In this document: in pieces, positions 11,062 through 26,762 of the stretch | Position numbering within the stretch: position 1 is the stretch's first letter | Layout: every line of letters starts with the position of its first letter | NCBI GenBank assembly: GCA_040357565.1 | Contig: JBDODJ010000012.1 | Source of the DNA: Cercozoa sp. M6MM | Taxonomy: Eukaryota > Protista > Endomyxa: Ascetosporea | Length of the DNA: 64,000 nucleotides | Reading direction: 5' to 3' (one strand) | Made by a program: the position numbers and the translations under genes | Notes under the pieces: model-generated | The model's input: the letters and a program-made list of their open reading frames with translations, nothing else | What the model was told of the DNA's origin: nothing | The model's database searches: none

Positions 11062-12983
11062 TACACACAAACCTGTCCATAATTATGTCGTGGGGGAGGA
11101 AGGATGGTGGCACCTACTCGTGCTGCTGTGCCGACGTGCAGCCGCCAGAAACTTGTGCCAGTTGTAATCTGCCGAATAAGTATAAACCAATACAAGCGTA
11201 TACCATAGACACACACAGACATGCCTACCACTGAGCGAGAAGCCGACCACGAAGACTTGTCTCGTAAGCAACAATGCCTGCCCGCGCCAGACAGACGGAG
11301 ACATAAAAAAGTGTGATACAGCGACAAAGACCAGTGTACCTGAATGGAGGCAGCAAGTGCGCGTCGCGGAGTGTAGTCGTAGTCCAGATAAGACGTGCGT
11401 GACAAGACAATGTCGGTGCCCTCTTGTTCCACAGAGCCATGTGCTTTGAGTAGCCAAGCCGGGTGTTCCTCCTTGGCTGTGTGATTAGGCAGACACAAAT
11501 TAAACTAAGGCCAATAGAGAGGCAGATGAGGGAATACTCTGCGACCGTTGCTTGCACTTGGGACGCACCAGGCGACCGTACGGCAGCACTGCCAGTGGCT
11601 CATCGCCACAGGATCGCACTGCTCGCTCGAAGAGGTCCTACCCACAAAGACTCAACTCAAGCCCATCACCCACATAAAACACAACCAAACACAGATGCAA
11701 CGTACATCGTAGTTAGTCGTGATGAACTCGCGTACAGGCAGTGCTGACAGCAGCGTGTGCTGTAGTGAGAACGTTCTGTGTCATTTACGCACACAACCCA
11801 GATAAAACACAAGCAAACGTCAAATATGCGAGGGCCTACTTCACTTCCTTCAGCAACGAGCTGACCAAGGCACGGACTTTCTTTGCTCCGTGCTCTCTAT
11901 TAAATACCAAAGTATATATGTTTATATACATTTATAACACACATAATCGCATCGGGAGGGCTAAACTACAATTCAAGCAGCTCGGCAGTGCGCAGAAAAT
12001 CCTTGCTCTGTGCAATTTGTTCCGGTGAGAGTTCCGGGTGCGTCGTCTCGGGCAACTGCTCGGCCAGACGCTGCAAAAGCTGGCCCCAAAGAGGCATGCC
12101 AGCACCGACTGTACAAAAATAAAACACGTGGCAGAGACACAAGGACTGACTGGAATCCGTATACCTGAAACACCGGCTCCGAAAAACACGGCCGCATCGC
12201 CACGTGCAATGTCGGACGCCATACGCCGGGCTTCCGCTTGCAGTACCTCCTCTATGAGTCACCAGTTGAGCAGAGACAAATCTCAAGATTTCAAATAGAG
12301 AGGCAGATACGCTGCTCAAAGTCGCAGAAAAGACGCAGTGCAGGCGCCAGCGCGGCACGTCGCGCACGCAGCAAGTTCCACAGACAGGGGTCCTGACATG
12401 GTAGCACAAATCTACTCGTGCACTCGCAGAGACAAACACATGCACACAAGAACTGTCATACAGAGGAAGTCAGGATCCAGTCAAAGTCAACAGTGACGAC
12501 ATCTTCCGAACCCGGCATGCCCTCCATTTCCTCGTCTAATTGCTCTTTCACACCGGTCTTTGACGTAATAAGTAAGAAAAGACGATACCTGCCAAAGAGG
12601 GCTGTACGCCACGACACAAAAACAACAGCAAACGGACGTCCTTGTCGGTCAAAGGTGGCTCCACAACTAACTACGAACAATGCACCGCATGCGTTTGTCC
12701 GGATGAATCAGTGAGGAATCGACACCTGGATGAGATGCAGTTTCCGGCGATTCTTCGGCGGCTCCACTTTCAATACTGCTCAGTATCAAGGTTGTAGGGA
12801 TCTAGCGCTCACACATACAGAATGTGGAAGGGTACTTTCGTTCAGGAGTGAAACTAGTTGTAGCTGTGTGGCACGGGGGTCGTCAGCATCATACAGCTCA
12901 CTCGCATACAACACATGGTCGCACGCCAGTAAACGCGGCTTCGCGCAGTAGGACGCAAAGATGTGCCCGCGCGACTGTCCCAT
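5230..12983 (-). CDS. Tandem-duplicated Macro-like/SIR2-like (SIR2_2-type) protein: pseudo-Macro, SIR2, linker, Macro, pseudo-SIR2; about 30 introns
   Basis: SIR2 copy 1: AVFFGAGVS (~12170), GMPLWGQLL, HTLLSALPVREFITTNYD (~11710), WLLKAHGS..DIVLSR (~11440), ALLLTRQVFVVGFSLS (~11240), HWLERFL|DLL. Macro-like unit: GHVFIVQGDIRRLDCDA|W (~9860), RERPLVALPVLGT|GGAG (~8210), FGYDVVL|VAHD. SIR2 copy 2: LTLALGER, VVTHTFS, IFKLNG, ALVTKHLLFLGDD. The N-terminus MGQSRGHIFASYCAKPRLLACDH starts at ATG 12983 and the stop TGA is at 5230-5232. Confidence 0.8.
8124..8168. repeat. (GA)n microsatellite, intronic
   Basis: Direct observation. It lies in the intron between ...VLGT and GGAG... of the Macro-SIR2 gene. 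Confidence 0.95.
9539..9720. repeat. (CA)n microsatellite spanning an assembly gap, intronic
   Basis: CA runs flank 100 N. Similar CA/GT tracts occur at 1-60, 10952-11066, 44230-44280, 48090-48350, 51650-51780 and 57990-58097. Confidence 0.95.
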
Positions 12984-13248
12984 TCGGAAGCCGTTTGTTT
13001 GATACGCCTTCAGCTTTCCTTCCAAGAACAGATAATTCTCGAACAATCTCTCAATAACTTACACTAAGAGCACTAAGATCACACAGCCACACAATGTTTC
13101 ACAGCATAAACAATGCTGGAAACAGAAAAGGTGGGTACAGGCATACTGTATCGACTCAGCGCCTTCGGCTCACGAAAATGAAAATTCATCATTATCGCAA
13201 GGCAAACGCGTGTTGAAAGGGTGTGAAGGTGTGAACACAGTGCTTGCG

Positions 13249-14910
<1,662 letters not shown>

Positions 14911-15193
14911 TTGGGCCGAGTATAATCGACAGCCCAAGTTGGTTTGGCCTGTGCAGTTCGCCCTATTCCGCGTCGTCCAATTGCGCGCAGTTACCGCGTC
15001 GCGTCATCAATCGTGCAGCTACATGCATGTACAGGCCTTCAGACAGGTCCAGTCACAGCCAGTAGTACCGCAGAGCCACAAACTCTTAACTCTTCTTTCT
15101 CTTTTGCTTCAATGATAGGAGACCAACTGGTCTGCCTGGCGTGGGTTCATCCCCGTGGAGACTGCATAATCTGAGTCAGTCTGTAAGTAACAG

Positions 15194-15313
15194 AGTCTTC
15201 TAGGAAACCAACTATGTAAATTTAGTTCCCCTGCACCAGTCTGGGGTGGGTCACAAGAGCATGGCCGTGTCTACCGCCCGCTTAGGGTAGGACCATACAG
15301 CTCCCCTTTTGAC
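15194..15313 (-). repeat. Dispersed structured repeat, copy B
   Basis: The minus strand reads GAGCTGTATGGTCCTACCCTAAGCGGGCGGTAGACACGGCCATGCTC...GACCCACCCCAG...CATAGTTGGTTTCCTAGAAGACT. Confidence 0.75.
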
Positions 15314-16091
15314 GTTCCCCAGACACCGAAGTCGACTTCATGGCGCAGGTAGCGGGCTAGTAGAGAGACGTCGCAGGCGGCGTCGGGTCGTCCCGTCGTC
15401 GTCCTCCCGTCTCTCCACTCGATAGCTAAACAAAACAGACAAACAGACATAGTAGACTTAGGGCCACCACTGCTATGAGTGGTGGCCTAGTCTATGTCGG
15501 GGACCTCTCGGTCCAGTGCCTGCTGGGAGGCTAGTTGTCCTTCGACAGTTGCTACCTCGTCTCAGGATATCTTGGTTCCTTAGTGCATTCTGTTGAGCGT
15601 TGCTAGGTTCTCAGGGTTGGCCAGTAACTTATGTCTTCAATTGTGCGCCATTGAGCCGCATTGGTGTTGTTTCTGATAGCTTCCGTTACCTTGCATTGGT
15701 ACGTGTCGAGAGTGTCTTCTGCATTTTCCCGGGTACCCTCGCAGTCGAGTCGGGGCACTCATTGATTTCGCGTTTTTTGTAGTCGTTGTTTGCATCCTTG
15801 CAGTTGGGCCCTGCACAGTGCACAGTCATGTTTTGTACGATTTTTCATTCAATTCGGAGTTGTCGCGGCTGAATTTGACTGCCTCAAGGCGGACTCGCGA
15901 GCTCGGATATTCAGCACGTGCGCGAAAAGCAGTCCTTTGCGTTTGCTAAGGACCACCAAACACGACAGCAGAGGGAAGTATAGAGTGGAAGCTCAAGTAA
16001 AGAGGCGTGGTAGGTGGATGTTCTTGCGTGAAAGTAACTGTCAGTTAAAAAAGTAAAATTTAATGCCATGTTGTGTTGTACAGACGCTAAA

Positions 16092-18479
<2,388 letters not shown>

Positions 18480-18730
18480 TCTGAGTCAGTCTGTAGGCAA
18501 ACCGCATCCTAAACTAGCGTAAGAGTAGAAAAGCGAATTCGGTTGACGCTCGGTTAGCAGAACCGGAAACCAAAACAAAAACAAGAATGGAACGGACGGA
18601 CGGGAACCGACTCGCGCGACTTAAGCCACAGAAGGCAGCGCGGTACTAGTTTTTCCGGCTCAACGCAAAGCACGCGACAGCAACGCAACGCAGTTGGCTT
18701 AGCCAGCTGTAAGGCACATTTACGGTTCGG

Positions 18731-19852
18731 TTAATCCTCCTGCATGGCGACGGCACCCTCGGCTTGCTCCTTGCCAGTTGGCAACTTCTGCGCCGAACTC
18801 AGCTCCTCAATCTCCTCGCTCTCCAACTCAAGGGACTGCAGCACGAGGCAATGACTCAAGGCACAATCGCTCAGAGCACAGATGGAGTACCTTAATGCCA
18901 TCTGCGGTGATGATTTTAACTTGGAATCGGACCAGATCGACCAGGAAGCGCTTCTTAATTTCGTGCACGCACTTTCGCGCAACCTAAGAGAACAAATTGA
19001 TCCAACCGTCTAACTAAACCCTTGAACTTCACATACCTCAAGACCTTCTTCTTGTGTCATGCCCTAGGAACACAACCGCTAGTGCAATACCGGTGAGTGG
19101 TTAAAAAAAAAGTACCTCTTTCCACAATCGGTCCAAGAGACCGTTTACAAAGTAAGCAATGTAGCCTTGAGCACCACGTGTAACTTTCTACTCGCTTATA
19201 GGCTGGTATAAAATATCGAAAAAACATACGGTTTTGTACCTGCATTGAAGCCAGGTAGTCCATGAAGTAGAGCGACGGGCCAGCATTCTTGTCGTAGCCA
19301 CCAATCAGCATGTTCACTTGGTAGGGCGATCGCCGCAAAGCCTATGTCACGAAAGCTATCACAGGCAAGACAAACAAGTGACAGAACACGCGCGCCTACC
19401 TGGGCAAGAGCGTGTCGTGTGAAATTCGCCGTAGCGTGAGTCGACATACGCTACGAAGATACAAGTAAGTCATAAAGTTAGAGTAAAATGCAGTACATTC
19501 AGATCTGCACCTGCCCGTGATTGCGGAACCGCTCAAGTTCCATGTTGCGCAAAATGAAGTCTGAGAAGGCCGAGCTGCGAAAACAGAAAACCCAGTTGAC
19601 CCCATGAAGTCATCCAGAGCACACAGAACCCAGAAAAAGCGGTACACATCGCCGTTGGGACCGGCGCAGGCAAGAATCTTGTGCTCGTCTAACTGGACCA
19701 ACTTGTCGAGGTTGTCTTTCAGCCTGCCAAATCATGTCTAAATGACAGAGACAAATACTACAAGGCAGTTACTTGAAGATCGAGCGAAGCTGCACTGCAT
19801 CGCCAGCGATTAAAACGAAGTCAGCGCCCGTAAAACCGAACAGCGCGTCCAT
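18731..19852 (-). CDS. PSMB2: 20S proteasome subunit beta type-2 (beta4, PRE1)
   Basis: Spliced [18 protein letters not shown]..., [32 protein letters not shown]|[38 protein letters not shown] and [12 protein letters not shown]. Confidence 0.95.
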
Positions 19853-20247
19853 CTGCCAGGCAAAAACAGGCAAAAACATGAAAATTCAATAGACACAAAA
19901 AAATGCAAAAAGTACGGTGGGTCTGGGAAGCCTTTTGAATTCAAACCACAGGGAATGATTGCTGCTAGTAACACAACCACCGGATTCAGGGATGTCTCAG
20001 AACTTGGCAAGATCACCCACAAGAGAAAAAATATGCAAAGAAGGGAACAATTTGCAAAGTAGTGCACAGAACGCGGCTTTACTGTATGAAAAACCGCAAT
20101 GGGTAACACCTACAAGCACACTGATGAGCCGGCACCTTTTGTTCTTGGAAACAGAGCCAAGCCTCGCAGCCTTAACCACATTTCTGTTGCGCTGCCAAGG
20201 CAATTGGCACTGACGACATACGTTCGTGCGGTTTACTGCAATTCAGT

Positions 20248-21601
20248 ATGTTCGGATACCTTAGAAACCCTCTTCGACGCGCCGTGCGCGGATTCTCGCA
20301 AAATGTGCCGACAGAAAGCAACCAAGGTGTGTGCGACCTCTCTGGATTGCCCGCCGCACCGAGTCGAGCAAATCTCGATCCCCTCTCCACTGTTGCTATC
20401 TAAACGTGAGAATTCGTCTGAATTTGCGAGTGCGTAGGCAACGCCGCGGTGAAAGCAGTCATCGCCGCCGTGGCCGTCGGTGTCGCTTTCGCCGGTGTGA
20501 GTGAAGTCTGGGAACGCGCCAGCGCACAAGTACACCGTGACTGATAAATATAATACACATTGTGGTCTATTTTAAAACGTAGAATGAGAAGAAAAAGCCC
20601 AGAGTCGTGAAGCTTCGCGAATCTGTTGGTATTTTTAGTCTAATCTCGCGGTCAATCATTCCTTCTGCACAATACGATTAGGAAACGTGAGCACTACGCG
20701 CAAGATCGGCGGCGAATGGTGTCTCACTGACACGAATGGTGTTTTATCCCTCAATTCAAGGTGTGGATGTTCACTCGACTTAACATTCGTGTGAAGGCAA
20801 GAAGCTGCGATACGACGATGCATCATTGCGCGGCAAGATTGTGATGCTTTATTTTGGCTTCGGCAACTGTCCTGACGTGTGTCCTGCCTCGCTCGGCAAG
20901 ATCAAGCATGTACTAAATCAACTTGACAAGAAGGGTACCTGTATTCTGCTGTTCGCGTGAGTACACATGGATATGTGTTTCCACAGGACTGAAAAAGCAA
21001 GTGCAGGTGGTGTTTGTGAGTGTCGATCCTCTGCGGGACACACCGGAGAGTCTGCGTGCCTTCCTTGACCGTATGTACCCTTCATGTTTGACTTTGTGTG
21101 TTCTCAGTATTATTGGTTCAATAGAGTTTGATTCGAGCATCATCGGCGTTACTGGCACACTTGACGAGCTCAGCAGCGTTGTACGTTGTACACGGTGTGA
21201 TTCCCTACCATATATGCGCTTTGTAGGCCAATAAGTTCGCAGCGCATTTCGACCGTAGCACTGTGGAGGAAGCTGCAGCAGCACTGGCACGTGACCAGCA
21301 ACGCGGCATCGACGACGACGATGACAAAGGTACAACAATCTACCTGGATTGGCCGATGTTCTACGCAGAAACTTCGACACAGGAGAGAGCGAGTACGATC
21401 CCGCGTACTATGTCGATCACACGCAATTTATCTACTGCATGGATGGCAAGGGCGACTTTTTTGGAATTCTTGGCTCTCAGCACACTCCTAAGCAGGTATA
21501 AGCTGAACGAACACCCGCTAATCGAGTACGTATATTTTCTCTCTGGATAGGCTGCCGATTTTGTCGTGCGCGCTGTCGAGACACATATGGCAGTTCGATA
21601 A
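20248..21601 (+). CDS. SCO1: SCO1/SenC cytochrome c oxidase copper chaperone, mitochondrial
   Basis: IGGEWCLTDTNG, LYFGFGNCPDVCP (CxxxC), VFVSVDPLRDTPE, IIGVTGT and YYVDHTQFIY (His ligand). The N-terminus MFGYLRNPLRRAVRGFS resembles a presequence. Confidence 0.93.
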
Positions 21602-21967
21602 CTACAGTTGAATAATTTACGTTCGATCTTCGTGAAAGGAGGCAGCCGACGCGCACACGAGTGTTCAGGAGTTTGTCGCTTCGCTTAGGCTACTGTAAGC
21701 GACGGACGGAAGCGAACTCATCGTGTCCCGTCCGGCTCGGTTACCGTACGTACTCGATCCACTTTAACCGACGCGAATGCACAATGCAAATTGCGTTCCG
21801 TTCGAGTTTAGTTGCGTTGTATCGTATTTAACTTATCTGAAGTTACGTTACTGAACGAACGCGATCAGACGTTGCCAGTTACGGGTTACGTGCATGCTTG
21901 ATGCACAAGGGGTTTTTGCGTTCAGTTCGCCGAGCCCGGCCGGTTCGACGCGTCAGATTATTAAATT

Positions 21968-22540
21968 CAATGAGCGGGGGTGACGAGGTTTAGTCTCCGA
22001 GCGAGCTTCTTGTCGAGAGCTGACTCCCGTGAGGGGCGAGATAGTTGGTTACGTACTAGTCTCCTTGTACTCTTGGAGGGACATGCGACGCCCTATCAGC
22101 ATGCAGGTAGTATCAGTTTCAGCAAGGGTGTCACTGCGTACACACACAGATTTGAAAGGTATTTACCATGGGCTTCAGTGACCTGAGTTGCGTCGATCTC
22201 CCATTCGGCGCACTTGTGGACATGCGGCTCAATCGCGTTGGGTGAGCGTTGCTGTGTTTTGCCTTGTTTACGGAGCTCCCGCGCCTTCTCGATTTCCCGT
22301 TTGCGACGGATTTTCTCTTCCTCCTCTTGCTTGGACTCGCGGTACATTTCTCGCTGATTATATTTCGAGGTAAAAACTTAAACACTTCAAGTCACATGTA
22401 AATCCACAGTAGGATACCTTCATTTCTAGGATCTTTTCCTTTTGCTCTTGCGTGGCGAGCGGGGAAAAGTAAATGCTACACGAAGCCCGGCATAAAACTG
22501 AAGCGCCTTGCAAAAAGCACTGAAACCTGTCAGACATTTG
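21968..22540 (-). CDS. Small hypothetical charged/coiled-coil protein
   Basis: Exon-like segments AKEKILEMK|REMYRESKQEEEEKIRRKREIEKARELRKQ and ESALDKKLARRLNLVTPAH*. Boundaries are uncertain. Confidence 0.35.
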
Positions 22541-22764
22541 ACGATAGCTACGCTAGGCTTTACTTATACTTCCAAGTGAAGCAGACGAGTTTATAAAGCA
22601 CTTCTTTGCAGTTTGTAACCTGGGGTCAGGTCGAACTCCACGCGGATGCCCGGGTCAGTTTATCCATAAACTCGTCTGCTCAGTTCGGACATGCATGAGG
22701 TTCGCACGTGGATTGATTTCCATCAGCCTGAGAATTCCAGAAACGTCTGCAGGTCGTAGCATGC

Positions 22765-23475
22765 TTGGTGCGCTTGGTATTGAATGAGATGCAATTAATT
22801 GAGGACTCAAGCGTCTGCAGCGATTTCACAGCCTCCTCAAGAAGCGCAGTCTCGTCTTCGTCGCTCTCGCAACTTGAATCATCAATCAATCGTCAACTTG
22901 GGGAAGTGAAAAGTCTCCGACACGAGCGATTTCACAAACAACGACAGCTATCAAAGTTACGACAGGAGTTCCTGCGACAACGTGAGATACTTCGCTCTGT
23001 GGAAAGCACCCTTCGTTCTGAACTCTGCACGCAATCGTCGGATTTCGAACCCCTGGAAGTTCGGCTGCAAGTACGGGTGCTTGATGTTGAGAATCTGCCA
23101 TCTAAGCTGAAGTCGTTTCGTGCATTTTCCCACAAAGGTAGGAGCAATGCGAAACTTGCAGCATCTGTCGACAGGATGCGGCTTCAACATGAAGAACTCA
23201 AGTACGAACTTCGCAAGGTTTGCGGAGACATCGTTCGTCTTCGACGACTCATGCGTCGCCAAAGTCGCACTCAGAAGAAGACCGAACAAATGAAGCAAAG
23301 CAAAAGGAGGAATTCAGCCAAATCGGGAGGTGGGCATCGAACTTCTGCTCGTGAAGGAACAACTTCCAAATCGGCAAAGAGAAGGCGCAGCGATTGCTCG
23401 CTGACGCAGAAGCACGAATCGCGAGTCACCGGCAAAGTAAAGGTAAACACATCATTTTCAGTTGTGTACATTTAA
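22765..23475 (+). CDS. Hypothetical coiled-coil protein (main exon; gene probably extends both ways)
   Basis: A 236-codon open frame with heptad-like charged helices (RQLSKLRQEFLRQREILR; RLQHEELKYELRK). Confidence 0.4.
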   Translation: MVRLVLNEMQLIEDSSVCSDFTASSRSAVSSSSLSQLESSINRQLGEVKSLRHERFHKQRQLSKLRQEFLRQREILRSVESTLRSELCTQSSDFEPLEVRLQVRVLDVENLPSKLKSFRAFSHKGRSNAKLAASVDRMRLQHEELKYELRKVCGDIVRLRRLMRRQSRTQKKTEQMKQSKRRNSAKSGGGHRTSAREGTTSKSAKRRRSDCSLTQKHESRVTGKVKVNTSFSVVYI

Positions 23476-24305
23476 ATAGCAATCTGAAGCTCATGTATTG
23501 ATCGAAAGTTGTCGCAAATCAATTTAGACGCAACCTTCTCCTCGCGTTCGCGACTTGTGGCAACAACGGGATGATCTGCACCGAGCGGACTCGCTTCACA
23601 CTGTCGATTCTACAGTTGAAGAGGTCTTGGTCGACCAGCACGAAGATTCTGACGTTGACAGGTAAGTTTAAATCATATTGAACATGTTGTCAAAGGTAAA
23701 TTACTCCACGACAGCAATTGGTCAATATCTCTGTTTTGTCAGCGCTTGTCTCGACGTGGTGCCTCCGAACACAGCTCGAACCCCAAATAACTTCCATTTT
23801 ATGGAGAACCCTCCGCTTCAAGACCGTTTGCAGATGACCTCTCTCTCCGGTAAATTGACCTCGAGCTTGTGGACTGTGTGCCGCAGCGTACATTGACAGT
23901 AAGTTTACTCGCTAGATGCAATGTTTACCTGTAAACAGGCGGAGGAAGTTCCGGATCCAATGGATCAAACCTCGTTGGATGGCTTCAGCAACTACAACTT
24001 GATGCCTCAATGCTGTTTTCATGCGCACCGTGTTGCAAGGGGCCGCTTGATGTTGACGCCAGCAGTGTTCCTTAGCTGGTTTCACCTTAGTACTGCTCTG
24101 CGTCCAGTCGGTCCCAGTGGGTCCGTTAGTTCGCGTTGTCCGTTTAAATTTGATTAGTATCTACGCTGCCAGTGCAGTGAAGCCTATTCCGTCATTTCAG
24201 TTACCTGGATTCGATTTTTAGAAGTCTTCGACGTGGCGCACAAGGGTATCCGAGAAAGCTGCAACCTGTTCGCAGAGACACGCACCGATACACAGTACTT
24301 ACAAA

Positions 24306-26668
24306 CTATTTCAGATTTGCGCCAGATACCACTGCTCCAACAGAACAAACGACGCCAATGAAAAGTGCGATGGGAGACCAGGCATGCAACAGGCGCGACA
24401 TTGTACTAAACTCACGAAGCAACGTAAAAAATCGAGCTCGGATGTGTCGTATGCACCTCTCTTTAAGGACTGTTCCAGTTGCAAGAAGCTTCTTTCGCAA
24501 GCGTCGGGCCACGAGTACTGGAAATACGTAACTGGTACAAGTGCCAAAAAGAGCTCCTCGCGTTGCAGCCACAATCGCAATATCGCTGAACACAGCAGAT
24601 GCGCATGCGACGACCACAACCCTGTCTCAGTTTAAACTCACACCTTTCTGGTCAAAGCAGTTAATAACGAAAAACTGAAGTTACACGATCGCTGCCAGAA
24701 AACGCTGTCTTTTTCTCGAAAACCACGACGCCAAGAGTCGATGTTTTCTTCCTACCACAAGCCAAGCGTTCGGCTGTAAACGTGTTTGAACAAGGTTGCC
24801 ACTGCAGCAAGCGACAGTACCGGGCACTCGACTGTAAGTATCGACGCAGTTGATGGCAAAAGTCGTCGCCGTCACTCTCCTTCACTCCATAGTGTCTCAA
24901 GCCCGGACAACGATACGTATGGCAAGTGAAAGCGTTTTACAAGCTTTTGACTCCAATTGGAAACCCAAAGACGATCGATGCAATCAAGGCGAAATCTGCT
25001 GCTACTGCTACACTGGTCCACATGGGAGTGTCTGCCATGTCATGAAGCGACTTCAAAACGTCTCTCTTCACCGATGTGCCAAACAAGAGTGCGCCCGCGA
25101 CGCCGAGAGTCGCGTAGACGAGATAAATGAAGCCGTATGACTGAATGGATGTTCAATACTGTAACACTGTGTAATTTTGTTGGCAGGACAGACATGAAAC
25201 ATCCTTACATAGACAGCCACTTTGACGGCTGTATTTGTGTTTCGTTTCTCCTTTTTCAGTTCGGCAAAAAACTGCACCGCGTCGCAGTGGCAATCGCAGG
25301 CCCCTTTGTGAAAAGTGGGTAGTTACATACTATGGGAACTATCTCGGTCGTAGATGGGCAGCTAGCCAAAACCTGCTGTACCATTGTAGATTCCGACTGC
25401 GAACAACATTGGCATCCAATGCACTTTCGTCCATGACCACGTCGGACTTGCTGCGTTGTTGCATTTATGGCTTTGATGTAAGTTTATGCCACGAAATAAG
25501 TTTAGACGTAAAAATGAGTACCGCTTTCAGTTGCAGACGCAGTGACGACGACGATTACCACAAAAAGCACGGCAAGAATGCCCAGGAAGCTTGTCTTTCA
25601 CAGGATAATTATGTACTAGAGAGTAGAGTGTTTCGATGAAATACAACAAAGTTGTACAAAGCGAAGCGATTGAATGCGATGCAACAATGATAGTGGCAGC
25701 AGTATCTGGCAAACAGCGGATCACGAAGGTAATTCACAGTGTCTCAAACGATGCCGATGATACAAACACGCAAACGCCGAATTGCAGCAGCAGCCGCAAC
25801 GTGTACTTATTCGCGTTTGACCAGATTCTACAACACCAAGGCTTGTATACGACCAATGCAAAATGGCAAAGTGAAAGTCTGTAAAACACGAAAACTACCG
25901 TCCTCCCAGCGACTCCATGGAGTCACCGATTAACACAACTAAGATAGCACGGCGCGATGGTTTCAAATATATAGGAGATACAGTTGGAGGAAATACCGAA
26001 GTTCATTGCCGTGAAAAACAACATCAGGAGAACGACTCCGTCGACAAACAGAGCCATTTTGCGGCCGAACGCCTCGTTGGTGAGTGTACTAAAATTGACG
26101 CGCTCGAAGCCACTGTCGTCACTGTCGTAGCTGGTGGTTTTCTTTTTGCGCAGTTGCAGTTGCGTGAAAGAATGTGTAGCAGCGGCCCACAGAGACCATG
26201 TCCTGCAAATTTTGTGTGTGCTGCAACAAAACAATTTCAGTTGTAAATTTAAGTATACCAGGCGGAAAGACCGGTGACAATAAAGAGAATCAAGCACGAT
26301 GGTATCACACCTCCTGTGAGCCAATCAATTCGGTCGAACTGATTGCAATGGAAATACAGGAGGATTGTTGCTACCGTAGGAGATACACCAAGGCAATGTC
26401 AAAGCGGCACTTGCAATAGTTCGTTTTATAACCCCGATACATGTCGCAGTCACTCCTGCCAGCGCGTACAGTAGCGCATCACCCGACAAACACTTTCGGA
26501 CCTGTAGCTTTCAAAGATACCAGCTCGGCCTTCTTCAGCAAGGGAGACGTCAACAAGTATCTGCTCATTGGTACTCGAGGACCCAGTGTCGTCCGTATCG
26601 ATACCGGCCAATTTGGACCCTGCCTCTTCTAGTTGGATCTGCACTTGTGGCTCTTTGGAAGCCTGCAT
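24306..26668 (-). CDS. Amino-acid transporter, Aa_trans (SLC38/AVT-like) family
   Basis: Many hydrophobic exons with family-like motifs: SAALTLPW, NFSTLTNEAFGRKMALFVD, YLVYATLGVAGALLFG, VFSDIAIVAATRGALFGTCTSYVFP, and a final TM segment FIGVVCSVGAVV. Confidence 0.8.
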
Positions 26669-26762
26669 TTGTTTTTCCTTCCGTCCGTCGCACAAAGCTT
26701 CACCAGTGAGCGCGAAGAGTGGAGGGGGATAGCCGAACACTGCGCGCACAAGCGAATCGATA

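Noticed and set aside
13079-13192. Upstream ATG at 13192 as the start of the Macro-SIR2 gene
   Set aside because: That frame stops at 13079, and the Macro-like homology begins right after ATG 12983, which is the simpler start. An extra 5' exon is not excluded.
15500-16050. Transposase or reverse transcriptase remnant near the repeats
   Set aside because: No DDE, YADD or HUH-type motifs were recognisable in any frame.
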